DNA from: Actinomycetota bacterium
GTDB lineage: Bacteria > Actinomycetota > Actinomycetes > Nanopelagicales > Nanopelagicaceae
DNA: 32,354 nt
Assembly: GCA_009700365.1 (NCBI GenBank)
Contig: WLME01000001.1
Location: forward strand, 1 to 32,354
Direction: 5' to 3'
The translations under genes and the position numbers were made by a program. The notes below the pieces were generated by a model. The model was not told the DNA's origin. It did no database searches and was given only the letters and a program-made list of their open reading frames with translations. Below are positions 1-9,119 of this stretch, in pieces (the stretch's first letter is position 1; each line of letters opens with the position of its first letter).

Positions 1-1317
1 AACGATGCCAGTCAGCGCAAGATCCCAAACCCCATTGTGTGAAGGTCCATCGTCGCCAGTAATTCCAGCTCGATCAAGTACAAAGGTGACTCCGGCTTTA
101 TGTAAAGCCACATCCATCAACAACTGATCAAATGCGCGATTCAAAAACGTTGAATAGACGGCTACAACTGGGTGAAGCCCAGCGAATGCTAATCCAGCAG
201 CACTAGAGACAGCATGTTGCTCGGCAATGCCTACATCGATGGTGCGTTCAGGAAAGACCTTTTCGAATTTATCAAGGCCCGTAGGACCAAGCATTGCGGC
301 AGTAATGGCAACAATATCTTTGCGCTGCTGGCCAATGGAAACGAGTTCATCTGAAAAAACACTTGTCCAGCTGGTCTTAGATTTACCAAGCGGGGTACCT
401 GTTTCGGGGTCCACGATTCCAACAGCATGAAACTTCTCTGCTTCATCTGCAATCGCTGGTTGATGCCCTTTACCTTTTTCGGTTATAACGTGAAGTAAGA
501 CTGGTTCACCAAATTCTTTCGCCTGGTTCAGCGCCCGTTCCATGGCAGCGACATCGTGGCCATCAATAGGACCTACATATTTAAGACCAAGATCTTCAAA
601 CATGCCTTGCGGCGCAACAATATCTTTAATGCCCTTCTTGACTCCATGAAGTGTTTCGTAAATTGGATTTCCTACGACTGGTGTCTTAGAGAGAACTTCT
701 TTGCCCCAATCCAAAAATCTTTCATACCCACGTGTAACCCGAAGTGTTGAGAGGTAGGTCGCGACACCGCCAATGGTTGGTGAATATGAACGTTCATTGT
801 CATTGACAACGATAATGAGATTTCGATCGTTGGCAGCAGCAATATTGTTGAGCGCCTCCCAAGACATTCCACCTGTAAGAGCTCCATCGCCTACTACTAC
901 AACTACGTGGCGATCGTTTTGACCGGTGAGTGAGAATCCACGAGATATTCCATCACCCCAAGAGAGCGCCGTCGATGCATGAGAGTTTTCAATGACGTCA
1001 TGGACGCTCTCACTACGATTTGGGTAACCTGCAATTCCATCGCGTTGACGTAACAAATCGAATTTATCTGCCCGCCCGGTGAGAATCTTATGAACATAGG
1101 ATTGATGTCCGGTATCAAAGAGAATGACATCTTTTGGTGAATCAAAGGTCCGGTGAATCGCAATCGTAAGTTCGACAACGCCAAGGTTGGGACCTAAGTG
1201 CCCGCCAGTCTTTGATACCTTGGTGATGAGAAAGTGGCGAATCTCTTCAGAGAGCTGCTCAACTTCTTCGTGGCTCAAAGCCTTGAGGTCGTGAGGACCC
1301 TTAATTGAATCGAGCAT
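1..1317 (-). CDS. dxs: 1-deoxy-D-xylulose-5-phosphate synthase (3' end runs off window)
   Basis: Absent from the ORF track because it has no stop in the window. Manual translation from ATG at 1317 gives [12 protein letters not shown]...[19 protein letters not shown]...[16 protein letters not shown]. The same frame at the window edge reads [13 protein letters not shown]. Confidence 0.96.
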   Translation of the reverse strand, partial: MLDSIKGPHDLKALSHEEVEQLSEEIRHFLITKVSKTGGHLGPNLGVVELTIAIHRTFDSPKDVILFDTGHQSYVHKILTGRADKFDLLRQRDGIAGYPNRSESVHDVIENSHASTALSWGDGISRGFSLTGQNDRHVVVVVGDGALTGGMSWEALNNIAAANDRNLIIVVNDNERSYSPTIGGVATYLSTLRVTRGYERFLDWGKEVLSKTPVVGNPIYETLHGVKKGIKDIVAPQGMFEDLGLKYVGPIDGHDVAAMERALNQAKEFGEPVLLHVITEKGKGHQPAIADEAEKFHAVGIVDPETGTPLGKSKTSWTSVFSDELVSIGQQRKDIVAITAAMLGPTGLDKFEKVFPERTIDVGIAEQHAVSSAAGLAFAGLHPVVAVYSTFLNRAFDQLLMDVALHKAGVTFVLDRAGITGDDGPSHNGVWDLALTGIV

Positions 1318-1323
1318 GGTTGC

Positions 1324-1329
1324 AGTCTA
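1324..1329 (-). promoter_or_regulatory. Putative -10 element TAGACT, leaderless dxs promoter
   Basis: TANNNT hexamer 6 nt upstream of the ATG; no SD visible. Confidence 0.6.
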
Positions 1330-1331
1330 GA

Positions 1332-3989
1332 TTAGCCGCGAAGCTGGCGCAGTACGTACTGCATGATCCCACCATGGCGGTAGTAATCAGCCTCTCCCGG
1401 AGTATCTATGCGCACCTTAGCGGAGAAGGATTTATCCCCTGCTGTGACTGTGACCTCTTTAGGAATTCCACCGTCATTGAGCGCTGTCACACCGGTGATT
1501 GAGAATGTTTCATCACCCTTCAACCCAAGTGATTGCGCATTTGCTCCACCAACAAATTGAAGTGGAAGAACGCCCATTCCAATCAAATTCGAGCGGTGGA
1601 TTCGTTCGAAGCTTTCAGCAATAACTGCGCGCACTCCAAGAAGTGCTGTTCCCTTCGCTGCCCAGTCACGAGATGATCCTGAACCATATTCCTTGCCTGC
1701 AAGAATTATTAGTCCGACTCCGGCACTTGCATATGCCACAGATGCATCATAGATAGTTGTCTGATCTCCATTGCTAAGGAAGTTCTTTGTGAAGCTTCCT
1801 TCGACACCGTCAAGCAGTAAGTTCTTAAGTCGAATATTTGCAAATGTTCCGCGGATCATGACTTCGTGGTTTCCGCGACGAGACCCATATGAATTAAAGT
1901 CTTTGCGATCGACGCCATTGGCTTCAAGATACTTTCCTGCAGGTGAATCCGCTTTGATATTTCCTGCTGGAGAAATGTGATCTGTCGTAACAGAATCTCC
2001 AAGAATTGCTAATACCCGAGCCCCCGTAATATCCGTAACTGGCTTTGGCTCTGCCGGCATTCCTTCAAAGTATGGAGGTTTGCGGACATACGTTGATTTA
2101 GGATCCCACTCAAAAGTCTTGCCTGTAGGAGTATCGAGTGACTTCCATCGGTGATCGCCATCGAAGACTGTTGCGTAATCCTTCTTAAACATTTCAGAAG
2201 AAATTGATGAATCTATGACCGATTGGATCTCTTGTGCAGATGGCCAGATATCTTTAAGAAGTACTGGGTTTCCATCCTTATCGTTACCTAATGAATCATT
2301 TTCAAAATCATGGTCCATGGTTCCGGCAAGTGCATATGCGACAACCAACGGCGGCGAAGCCAGATAATTCATCTTTACATCAGGGCTAATGCGACCTTCA
2401 AAATTGCGGTTACCAGATAGCACAGCGGTAACTGCAAGGTCATTCTCATTTACCGCTTTGCTAATTTCTATAGGGAGCGGACCTGAGTTTCCAATGCATG
2501 TAACGCAGCCATAGCCAACAAGATTGAAGCCCAGTGCCTCCATATATTTGGTCAAATCTGCACGGTCGTAATAATCGGTAACAACTTTGGATCCTGGGGC
2601 AAGCGTGGTCTTAACCCAAGGCTTAGATGAAAGCCCCTTCTCTACAGCCTTCTTGGCAAGAAGCGCTGCCCCAATCATGACCGATGGGTTTGAAGTATTT
2701 GTGCAAGAAGTTATCGATGCGATCACAACATCGCCATTTTTTATGGTGGTCGCCTTTGCGCCTACATGTACTGGATAAGCATCTTTTCCAGTCTTATCTG
2801 AAAAGTAAGTCGGAAGGATTTTTTCGAATGATGACTTCGAGGCTGTGAGTGAAATGCGATCCTGCGGGCGCTTAGGGCCTGCAATAGATGAAACAACGCT
2901 CGAGAGATCAAGTTCGATATGTTCAGAAAAGCGTGGTGATGATGAAGGGTCGTGCCACATCTTTTGAGCTTTGGCATACTGCTCAACGAGTGCAACCTGA
3001 TCATCACTTCGTCCTGTAAGTCGCAAGTAACGCAAGGTCTCTTCATCAATGGGGAAGATTGCGCATGTCGAACCGTATTCAGGTGACATATTTCCGATAG
3101 TTGTTCGGTTGGCCATAGGTACTGAATGAACGCCAGGACCGTAGAACTCAACAAACTTGCCGACAACTCCATGCTTGCGCAGCATTTCTGTAATCGTCAG
3201 TGCCATATCGGTGGCTGTGGTTCCAACGGGAAGTTCTCCTGAAAGTTTGAAGCCAACGACGCGAGGAATAAGCATTGATACTGGCTGTCCGAGAAGCGCT
3301 GCTTCTGCTTCGATGCCGCCGACTCCCCAGCCAAGAACTCCAAGCCCATTAACCATGGTTGTATGTGAATCCGTTCCAACAACGGTATCTGGATACGCTC
3401 TCATTACCCCATTGACGGTACGAGTCATGACTACACGTGCCAAATATTCGATATTTACTTGGTGGACAATTCCGGTTCCGGGTGGAACAACCTTAAATTC
3501 GTCGAATGCGCCTTGCCCCCATCGGAGGAAGCGATATCGCTCGCGGTTGCGCTCGTATTCAATATCGGTGTTCTGCTCGAATGAATCCTTGGTACCGAAT
3601 ACATCTGCGATGACCGAGTGATCAATGACAAGTTCAGCTGGAGCAAGTGGATTAACTTTGGATGGATCGCCACCAAGGTCAACAATTGCTTCGCGCATTG
3701 TTGCAAGGTCAACGATGCAAGGAACGCCCGTGAAGTCCTGCATCACAACGCGTGCGGGAGTAAATTGAATTTCAGTATCTGGTTCTACGGTTGGATCCCA
3801 CTGCGCAAGAGCTTTGATGTGCTCAGCGGTGATATTTGCTCCATCTTCAGTACGCAACAAATTTTCGAGTAAGACTTTAAGTGAGAACGGGAGGTCAGAT
3901 GCTCCTTCTACCTGGGAAATATCAAAGATTTCATAATCTTTGCCTGCAACTGTGAGGGTCTTCTTGGTTCCAAGTGAGTTCTTACTCAT
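1332..3989 (-). CDS. acnA: Aconitate hydratase A
   Basis: 885 aa; [36 protein letters not shown] (Fe-S cysteines), [22 protein letters not shown]. Confidence 0.98.
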   Translation of the reverse strand: MSKNSLGTKKTLTVAGKDYEIFDISQVEGASDLPFSLKVLLENLLRTEDGANITAEHIKALAQWDPTVEPDTEIQFTPARVVMQDFTGVPCIVDLATMREAIVDLGGDPSKVNPLAPAELVIDHSVIADVFGTKDSFEQNTDIEYERNRERYRFLRWGQGAFDEFKVVPPGTGIVHQVNIEYLARVVMTRTVNGVMRAYPDTVVGTDSHTTMVNGLGVLGWGVGGIEAEAALLGQPVSMLIPRVVGFKLSGELPVGTTATDMALTITEMLRKHGVVGKFVEFYGPGVHSVPMANRTTIGNMSPEYGSTCAIFPIDEETLRYLRLTGRSDDQVALVEQYAKAQKMWHDPSSSPRFSEHIELDLSSVVSSIAGPKRPQDRISLTASKSSFEKILPTYFSDKTGKDAYPVHVGAKATTIKNGDVVIASITSCTNTSNPSVMIGAALLAKKAVEKGLSSKPWVKTTLAPGSKVVTDYYDRADLTKYMEALGFNLVGYGCVTCIGNSGPLPIEISKAVNENDLAVTAVLSGNRNFEGRISPDVKMNYLASPPLVVAYALAGTMDHDFENDSLGNDKDGNPVLLKDIWPSAQEIQSVIDSSISSEMFKKDYATVFDGDHRWKSLDTPTGKTFEWDPKSTYVRKPPYFEGMPAEPKPVTDITGARVLAILGDSVTTDHISPAGNIKADSPAGKYLEANGVDRKDFNSYGSRRGNHEVMIRGTFANIRLKNLLLDGVEGSFTKNFLSNGDQTTIYDASVAYASAGVGLIILAGKEYGSGSSRDWAAKGTALLGVRAVIAESFERIHRSNLIGMGVLPLQFVGGANAQSLGLKGDETFSITGVTALNDGGIPKEVTVTAGDKSFSAKVRIDTPGEADYYRHGGIMQYVLRQLRG

Positions 3990-4012
3990 GACGCTTCTTC
4001 TTTCGAGGGAGA

Positions 4013-4030
4013 TATCTTGACGTCAAGATA
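4013..4030. promoter_or_regulatory. Perfect 18-bp palindrome TATCTTGACGTCAAGATA, candidate TamR/UrtR (MarR-family) operator of acnA
   Basis: Exact inverted repeat 24-41 nt upstream of the acnA ATG, directly downstream of a TAAGGT -10 candidate (4030-4035, minus strand). Regulator identity is recalled from the literature, not verified. Confidence 0.75.
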
Positions 4031-5237
4031 CCTTATCTTGCACAAATTTCGCAACAGATTCAATGTGGTGAGTCATCGGAAAGAGATCAAAGGCACGCAT
4101 GGAATCGAGCTGGTAACCAGCATCACGTAAATATCCCGTGTCTCGCGCAAGTGCTGCGGGGTCACAGGCAACGTAAACAATTGTCCGTGGATTTAATCGC
4201 GCACAACTTGTCATCACTTCTTTTCCGGCACCTTCTCGAGGTGGGTCTAAAACAATGACATCAACCTCTGAGAATCGCGTGATTAGACGAGCCACATCTC
4301 CAGTGTGAATGCGAACATTATTTCTTCCTTCAAAATTGCGAGATGCATCTGCAGTTGCGCTTTTGCTTCCTTCAACAATATCTACAGTACCTTCTTCGCC
4401 AATCATTGTGAGAATACTTGCGGCGAAGAGACCTACTCCCCCATAGAGATCCAGTACGCGGTCACCTGCCTGCAGATGAGCGCTCTGAAGAACAGCATCT
4501 GATAAAACTTCGGGAGCGTTCTTATGGCTCTGCCAAAATGATTTCTGACTCACTTCAAATGGGAACCCGTTGACCGTGTAGTGAGCTACGTCGGGTCCAT
4601 CACTGATGCGCAATGGGGATTCATCTCGAGAGTTTGCGGTTGCAATAGTTCGCTCGCCCGTATTAGATATTGAAATCTCGATTCGTTGATCCCCTTTGGC
4701 ACCCCGTTGAGCAAGTTCTGAATATCGCATCTCTGGGATCAGAATTCTGCAATCATCAACTGGAATGATTTTGTGTGAGCGAGATTGATAGAAACCTAAA
4801 GCACCGTTCTTGGTCGTCACAGCAGAGCAGCGCGTACGCCACCCCAGTGGACCAGCCACTTCTTCCACTTCAACGTGCATCTCCATCTTCGCAATTCGTG
4901 AGAATTGTTCAGTAATTACATCTGCCTTGAGCTGACGTTGGCGAGCAGGCGAAATATGTTGGAAATCGCAACCACCACATCCATCGCGATGGGCAAATCG
5001 GCACGGTGCGCTGACGCGATCCTCGGATGGTTTCACTACCTCAACAACATCTGCGCGATTAAAGGATGATCCAACACTTGTAATCTCGATATCGCACTCT
5101 TCGCCTGGAATTGCATGTCTGACGAAAATGACTGCGCCTTCATAGCGAGCAATAAAGTGCCCCCCATGGGCAACTTTCTCTATCGTCACCCTGCATATCT
5201 GTCCCACTTCAAGGGTTGTTCGCTTCATTGATGACAT
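4023..5237 (-). CDS. TRAM-domain class I SAM-dependent RNA (uracil-C5) methyltransferase, RlmD/TrmA family
   Basis: N-terminal TRAM domain, C-x7-CGGC cluster motif, SFWQ, LDLYGGVG, LDPPREG, catalytic YVACDP, DLFPMTHHIE. Confidence 0.92.
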   Translation of the reverse strand: MSSMKRTTLEVGQICRVTIEKVAHGGHFIARYEGAVIFVRHAIPGEECDIEITSVGSSFNRADVVEVVKPSEDRVSAPCRFAHRDGCGGCDFQHISPARQRQLKADVITEQFSRIAKMEMHVEVEEVAGPLGWRTRCSAVTTKNGALGFYQSRSHKIIPVDDCRILIPEMRYSELAQRGAKGDQRIEISISNTGERTIATANSRDESPLRISDGPDVAHYTVNGFPFEVSQKSFWQSHKNAPEVLSDAVLQSAHLQAGDRVLDLYGGVGLFAASILTMIGEEGTVDIVEGSKSATADASRNFEGRNNVRIHTGDVARLITRFSEVDVIVLDPPREGAGKEVMTSCARLNPRTIVYVACDPAALARDTGYLRDAGYQLDSMRAFDLFPMTHHIESVAKFVQDKVS

Positions 5238-5244
5238 AACGGCT

Positions 5245-5250
5245 AGCCTA
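5245..5250 (-). promoter_or_regulatory. Putative -10 element TAGGCT, leaderless promoter of the RNA methyltransferase
   Basis: TANNNT 7 nt upstream of ATG 5237. Confidence 0.55.
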
Positions 5251-5291
5251 GTAGGGAATCAGGCATGCAAGATATTTTCCTCAGACAGTAG

Positions 5292-5297
5292 TAAGTT
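5292..5297 (+). promoter_or_regulatory. Putative -10 element TAAGTT, leaderless promoter of the trkA pair
   Basis: TANNNT 6 nt upstream of GTG 5304. Confidence 0.55.
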
Positions 5298-5303
5298 ATA
5301 CCT

Positions 5304-5963
5304 GTGCACGTAGTCATCATGGGTTGCGGTCGAGTCGGTTCTTCCCTTGCAATAGAACTAGAAGCAGCCGGCCATACGGTCGCCGTTATTGACCAAACTA
5401 AAGAGGCTTTTCGCAGACTCGGTGCAGATTTCAAAGGCCGCACGATCGTCGGTGTCGGTTTTGACCGTGACACTCTTCTTGAAGCAGGCATTGAAGGAGC
5501 GCAAGCTTTTGCTGCCGTAAGTAATGGCGATAATTCAAATATTTTGGCTGCACGCGTAGCGCGCGAAAGCTTCGGAGTAACCAATGTAGTTGCTCGAATC
5601 TATGATCCAGGACGCGCTGAAATTTACCAACGCCTCGGGATTCCGACAGTTGCAACAGTAATTTGGGCAACTGATCAAATTCTTCGACGGTTGGCACCAG
5701 GTGGCACCCGCTCTGAATGGCGTGATGCAACTGGGACAGTTCAATTGCTAGAAGTCCATCCGCACCTTGGCTGGTATGGCCGACCAATCTCTGAGCTAGA
5801 AGCAGCATCACATGCACGAGTCGCTTTCCTTACTCGTCTAGGAGAAGGCTTAATACCTGAGCCTCACACTGTTCTCCAAGATGGCGATTTAGTTCATATG
5901 ACAATTCGCGATGATGAGATGGCAAGTGCTGAGGCCGCCCTCACGAAGGGACCTGGTGCATAA
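5304..5963 (+). CDS. trkA: TrkA/KtrA-family RCK-domain potassium uptake regulatory protein (CeoB-like)
   Basis: GCGRVG Rossmann motif, GVGFDRDTL, GDNSNI, ARIYDP, RCK_C domain. Confidence 0.92.
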   Translation: MHVVIMGCGRVGSSLAIELEAAGHTVAVIDQTKEAFRRLGADFKGRTIVGVGFDRDTLLEAGIEGAQAFAAVSNGDNSNILAARVARESFGVTNVVARIYDPGRAEIYQRLGIPTVATVIWATDQILRRLAPGGTRSEWRDATGTVQLLEVHPHLGWYGRPISELEAASHARVAFLTRLGEGLIPEPHTVLQDGDLVHMTIRDDEMASAEAALTKGPGA

Positions 5964-5966
5964 GAG

Positions 5967-6626
5967 ATGAGAATTGCTATCGCAGGTGCTGGAAATGTTG
6001 GTCGTGCTATTGCGCGCGAACTTCTTGATAATGGTCATCAGGTGCTCCTGATTGATAGAGATCCCAAAGCTTTAAAGATTGACACTGTTCCTGATGCTGA
6101 GTGGCTTATGGCAGATGCTTGTGAAATTACTGCCTTGGATAAAGCTCAACTCAATAATTGCCAGGTTCTCGTTGCAGCAACAGGTGATGACAAGGTAAAT
6201 CTCGTCACTGCTCTCCTTGCAAAGACTGAATATGGTGTTCCACGCGTTGTTGCCCGCATCAATCATCCAAAGAATGAATGGCTCTTTGACCAGTCTTGGG
6301 GAGTCGATGTAGCTGTTTCTACTCCTCGCATAATCGCTGCGCTCGTTGAAGAAGCAGTCAGCGTAGGAGATGTCGTACGACTATTTTCTTTCCGAAAAGG
6401 ACAGGCAAACCTTGTAGAACTGACGCTACCAGATTCATCTATCTGTATCGGAAAGACTGTTGACGAGGTCTCACTTCCCGACGACGCATCGTTGGCAGCC
6501 ATAGTCCGTGACGGCAGAGTAATTGCCCCTTCACCAAGTGATGTCTTTAGCGCTGGGGATGAATTACTTTTTGTTGCATCAGCAAACGCTGAGAATCTAA
6601 TAAAAGATTGCTTTATTGCTCACTAG
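5967..6626 (+). CDS. trkA: Second TrkA-family RCK-domain protein (CeoC-like)
   Basis: GAGNVG, ADACE, ATGDDKVNL, WGVDVAVSTP; tandem with the first trkA as in other actinobacteria. Confidence 0.92.
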   Translation: MRIAIAGAGNVGRAIARELLDNGHQVLLIDRDPKALKIDTVPDAEWLMADACEITALDKAQLNNCQVLVAATGDDKVNLVTALLAKTEYGVPRVVARINHPKNEWLFDQSWGVDVAVSTPRIIAALVEEAVSVGDVVRLFSFRKGQANLVELTLPDSSICIGKTVDEVSLPDDASLAAIVRDGRVIAPSPSDVFSAGDELLFVASANAENLIKDCFIAH

Positions 6627-7227
6627 CAATTTTTGGCGCATTCTTTAAGATCAACCACGAGCCATAAGCCGTTGCAATAAATAGCGGATAGCCCATTGCC
6701 AAATTTACAGTCCCTAACAGGTTGAGGTTTCCGCTTCTGTAGATCGGATATTGCACAGCAATTCTTGCAAAAAACATTGCGACCCAAAGCCAACTCGCAC
6801 GCAGATAAGCTCGCTTTCGTTCAGGGCTTTTTCGCCACTTCAGATTTTCCCCCAGGATTGGTCCGAGCATCAGTCCTAAAATTGGCCATCCTGCAAGATT
6901 TGCAATCAAGTATGCGGTTCCATATCCAAGATTTGTCAGTAACTTTGGAATATAAACATCACTGGGGTTGCCCGTGCGATTTGCAAACCATGCACAAATT
7001 AAAACCCCCACTAGCCCAGATAGCGCATGCTGCAAGGTGTCGCGCTTAATTAAACGCAGAATCGTTAAGACTGCAGAAGTCGCGATGGATGCAAAAAGTG
7101 CTGTGTTCAACTGGTCGGTTACATTAAAAGCAATCAGAAATATGACAGAAGGAATTCCTGAATCAATCAGACCTTTCTTCCCGCCAAAGGCGCCGAGAAC
7201 TTTCTCGCGATCTTCATGTGCGCTCAT
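6613..7227 (-). CDS. DUF3159-family membrane protein
   Basis: GGKKGLIDS start, several hydrophobic helices, WPILG motif; conserved position convergent with the trkA pair. Confidence 0.8.
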   Translation of the reverse strand: MSAHEDREKVLGAFGGKKGLIDSGIPSVIFLIAFNVTDQLNTALFASIATSAVLTILRLIKRDTLQHALSGLVGVLICAWFANRTGNPSDVYIPKLLTNLGYGTAYLIANLAGWPILGLMLGPILGENLKWRKSPERKRAYLRASWLWVAMFFARIAVQYPIYRSGNLNLLGTVNLAMGYPLFIATAYGSWLILKNAPKIASEQ

Positions 7228-7667
7228 TGACGACCTGTCGATCCAAAACCACCTGTGCCACGACCCGAACCCGGTAGTTCATCTACTTCAATAAATTCAG
7301 CGCGTTCTACTTTTTGGAAAACTAACTGGGCGATGCGATCCCCGCGTTTGAAGCTGATGCTTTCGTGCGGATCATGATTGATCATGATGCATTGAAGTTC
7401 TCCTCGAAAACCTGCATCGACGGTTCCGGGCGCATTCACCATCGTGACGCCATGTTTGATTGCAAGTCCAGAACGCGGATGAACGAGAGCGACAAATCCA
7501 TCAGGCAGTGCAATTGAGATACCTGTCGGAACGAGTGCTCGCTCCCCTGGAGCTAGGGTGATATCAATGCGCGAAACGATATCGGCGCCTGCATCTCCGC
7601 CTTTTGAATATTTCGGCATTGGAAGATCTGGATCCAATCGCGTAATCAAGACTTGTAGATTGCTCAT
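7224..7667 (-). CDS. dut: dUTP diphosphatase
   Basis: AGAD, PRSGLA, GTVDAGFRGE, RIAQL, RGTGGFGSTG motifs I-V. Confidence 0.97.
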   Translation of the reverse strand: MSNLQVLITRLDPDLPMPKYSKGGDAGADIVSRIDITLAPGERALVPTGISIALPDGFVALVHPRSGLAIKHGVTMVNAPGTVDAGFRGELQCIMINHDPHESISFKRGDRIAQLVFQKVERAEFIEVDELPGSGRGTGGFGSTGRQ

Positions 7668-8248
7668 GGATTTATATCAAATTCTGGATCGACAAATGTA
7701 AGTAGCTCTGGATTCCGGCGAAGTGCTTCCATATATTCAGCCGGCGCATTTTCCAGGAAGTGCTTCATAGGTACGATGACAAAAAGTGATGCTGCTCTAA
7801 CGGCGATTTCGCCATCAGGGCTTCCGAGGCGTCCTTCTGCCTCAGAATAAACTTTGCGATTTACCTGCCCCGTAATTCTCGCCGTTATATGCAGTTTGGT
7901 TCCGATCGGAACAGGCCGTAAGAAATCTGTTTCAAGCCGTGCGGTTACAGCAGGAGCACGCAAGAGCCACATTAATTTTCCAAGAGCCTCATCAAATGCA
8001 AGTGAGAGAAGGCCACCATGGGCAAGACCTGGAGCTCCTTGGTGATTCTCAGTCACTGTAAATTCGGCAGTGATATCTGCGCCATTGCCCACATGTGCAA
8101 CGAGGTGGAGTCCCGTCGGATGTAACTCGCCACATCCAAAACAATGTTTAAAGTGTGAAGGAATTTGAGTTCCGGTCGCAGGTGAAAGCGGGTGGCGTTC
8201 TGGAATTAACGCACCTTCTGGTGGCGTAGTACTTGCAACGCGACTCAT
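7664..8248 (-). CDS. PaaI/hotdog-fold thioesterase
   Basis: HQGAPGLAHGG...AFDE hotdog signature; N-terminal CFGCG motif. Confidence 0.85.
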   Translation of the reverse strand: MSRVASTTPPEGALIPERHPLSPATGTQIPSHFKHCFGCGELHPTGLHLVAHVGNGADITAEFTVTENHQGAPGLAHGGLLSLAFDEALGKLMWLLRAPAVTARLETDFLRPVPIGTKLHITARITGQVNRKVYSEAEGRLGSPDGEIAVRAASLFVIVPMKHFLENAPAEYMEALRRNPELLTFVDPEFDINP

Positions 8249-8254
8249 GGCATA

Positions 8255-8283
8255 AGGCTACTTCATCAAATGCAAGATAACCT
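8255..8283. promoter_or_regulatory. Back-to-back leaderless promoters: TAGCCT (minus, 8255-8260) and TAACCT (plus, 8278-8283)
   Basis: Hexamers lie 6 nt before ATG 8248 (-) and 7 nt before ATG 8291 (+). Confidence 0.55.
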
Positions 8284-8290
8284 AGACCAC

Positions 8291-8743
8291 ATGGGAGAAA
8301 AGAAAGTGATATTGAGAGAAGTGATACGTCCTCCTCTATGGATCTTGGCCTTCATCTACCTAATGTTTCTATCTCTTGTGGTGGCGGTTTGGGCTGCATT
8401 TGATAATCGCGCAGCAATCTTTACTGGGATAGCTGTGACAGTATTATTGATTTTTATAGCGCTTGCCATGAAAAGTGAGATAACTATCGATAGCCAAGAG
8501 ATTCACATTGGTAAGGCTCATATTGAATTGAAATATCTTGATTCGGTGGAAGTACTCACTCCTGCCCAGATGCAACTTCTCAGAACCAGAGATGCAGATC
8601 CTGCCGCTTATTTGGGGATAAAATTTTGGATTTCCACGGGAGTGAAAATCACGCTTAAAGACCCGCGTGATCCCACTCCGTATCTTCTGATTAGTTCAAA
8701 GAAATCAGAAGAGCTTACGAACACTCTTTACAAACTGCTTTAG
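8291..8743 (+). CDS. DUF3093-family membrane protein
   Basis: Two N-terminal TM helices, DADPAAY and DPRDPTPYLLISS motifs; start moved from 8270 to ATG 8291 because of the -10 spacing. Confidence 0.8.
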   Translation: MGEKKVILREVIRPPLWILAFIYLMFLSLVVAVWAAFDNRAAIFTGIAVTVLLIFIALAMKSEITIDSQEIHIGKAHIELKYLDSVEVLTPAQMQLLRTRDADPAAYLGIKFWISTGVKITLKDPRDPTPYLLISSKKSEELTNTLYKLL

Positions 8744-9011
8744 CACCTTCGCCTTTAGCAAGCTGAGTGATGTGATGAATCAAGAAACAGCGCGAACAAG
8801 TAAATTCATCAACTTGAACTGGCACAACTCGCACTGCGAGCTGCTCTCCAGATAAATCAGCACCTGGAAGTTCAAGATTTTCTGCAGCTTCAGCCTCATC
8901 AACATCGATTTGTCCTGATTGTGCATCTACACGCTTCGCCTTGAGTTCTTCTAACGATTCCTCGTGAAGCTCCTCGTCGGTTTTTCTGGGTGTGTCGTAA
9001 TCTGTTGCCAC
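8715..9011 (-). CDS. DUF4193-family small acidic protein with C-terminal CxxC/CxxC
   Basis: MATDYDTPRK start at GTG 9011 with SD GAGGTG 6 nt upstream; ELPGADLSGE, DEFTCSRCFL, CKEC. Confidence 0.87.
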   Translation of the reverse strand: MATDYDTPRKTDEELHEESLEELKAKRVDAQSGQIDVDEAEAAENLELPGADLSGEQLAVRVVPVQVDEFTCSRCFLIHHITQLAKGEGAKAVCKECS

Positions 9012-9059
9012 TGCTCTCACCTCGCTTCCATACCTAATGAGTGGGTGAAGTTACCCGAC

Positions 9060-9079
9060 ATGCGCGAATAGTCGCGCAT
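9060..9079. promoter_or_regulatory. Inverted repeat ATGCGCGA-N4-TCGCGCAT (operator or hflX 3' hairpin)
   Basis: Perfect 8-bp stem in the hflX-DUF4193 spacer, next to a TAACTT -10 candidate; no U-tract on the minus strand. Confidence 0.45.
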
Positions 9080-9119
9080 TCTCCGCTTTATAGACCATAC
9101 AACCTACGGCGTGTCGCTT

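Noticed and set aside
227-1184. Small ORFs in the track at the left end
   Set aside because: All lie within the dxs reading frame, which the track omitted because it lacks a stop inside the window
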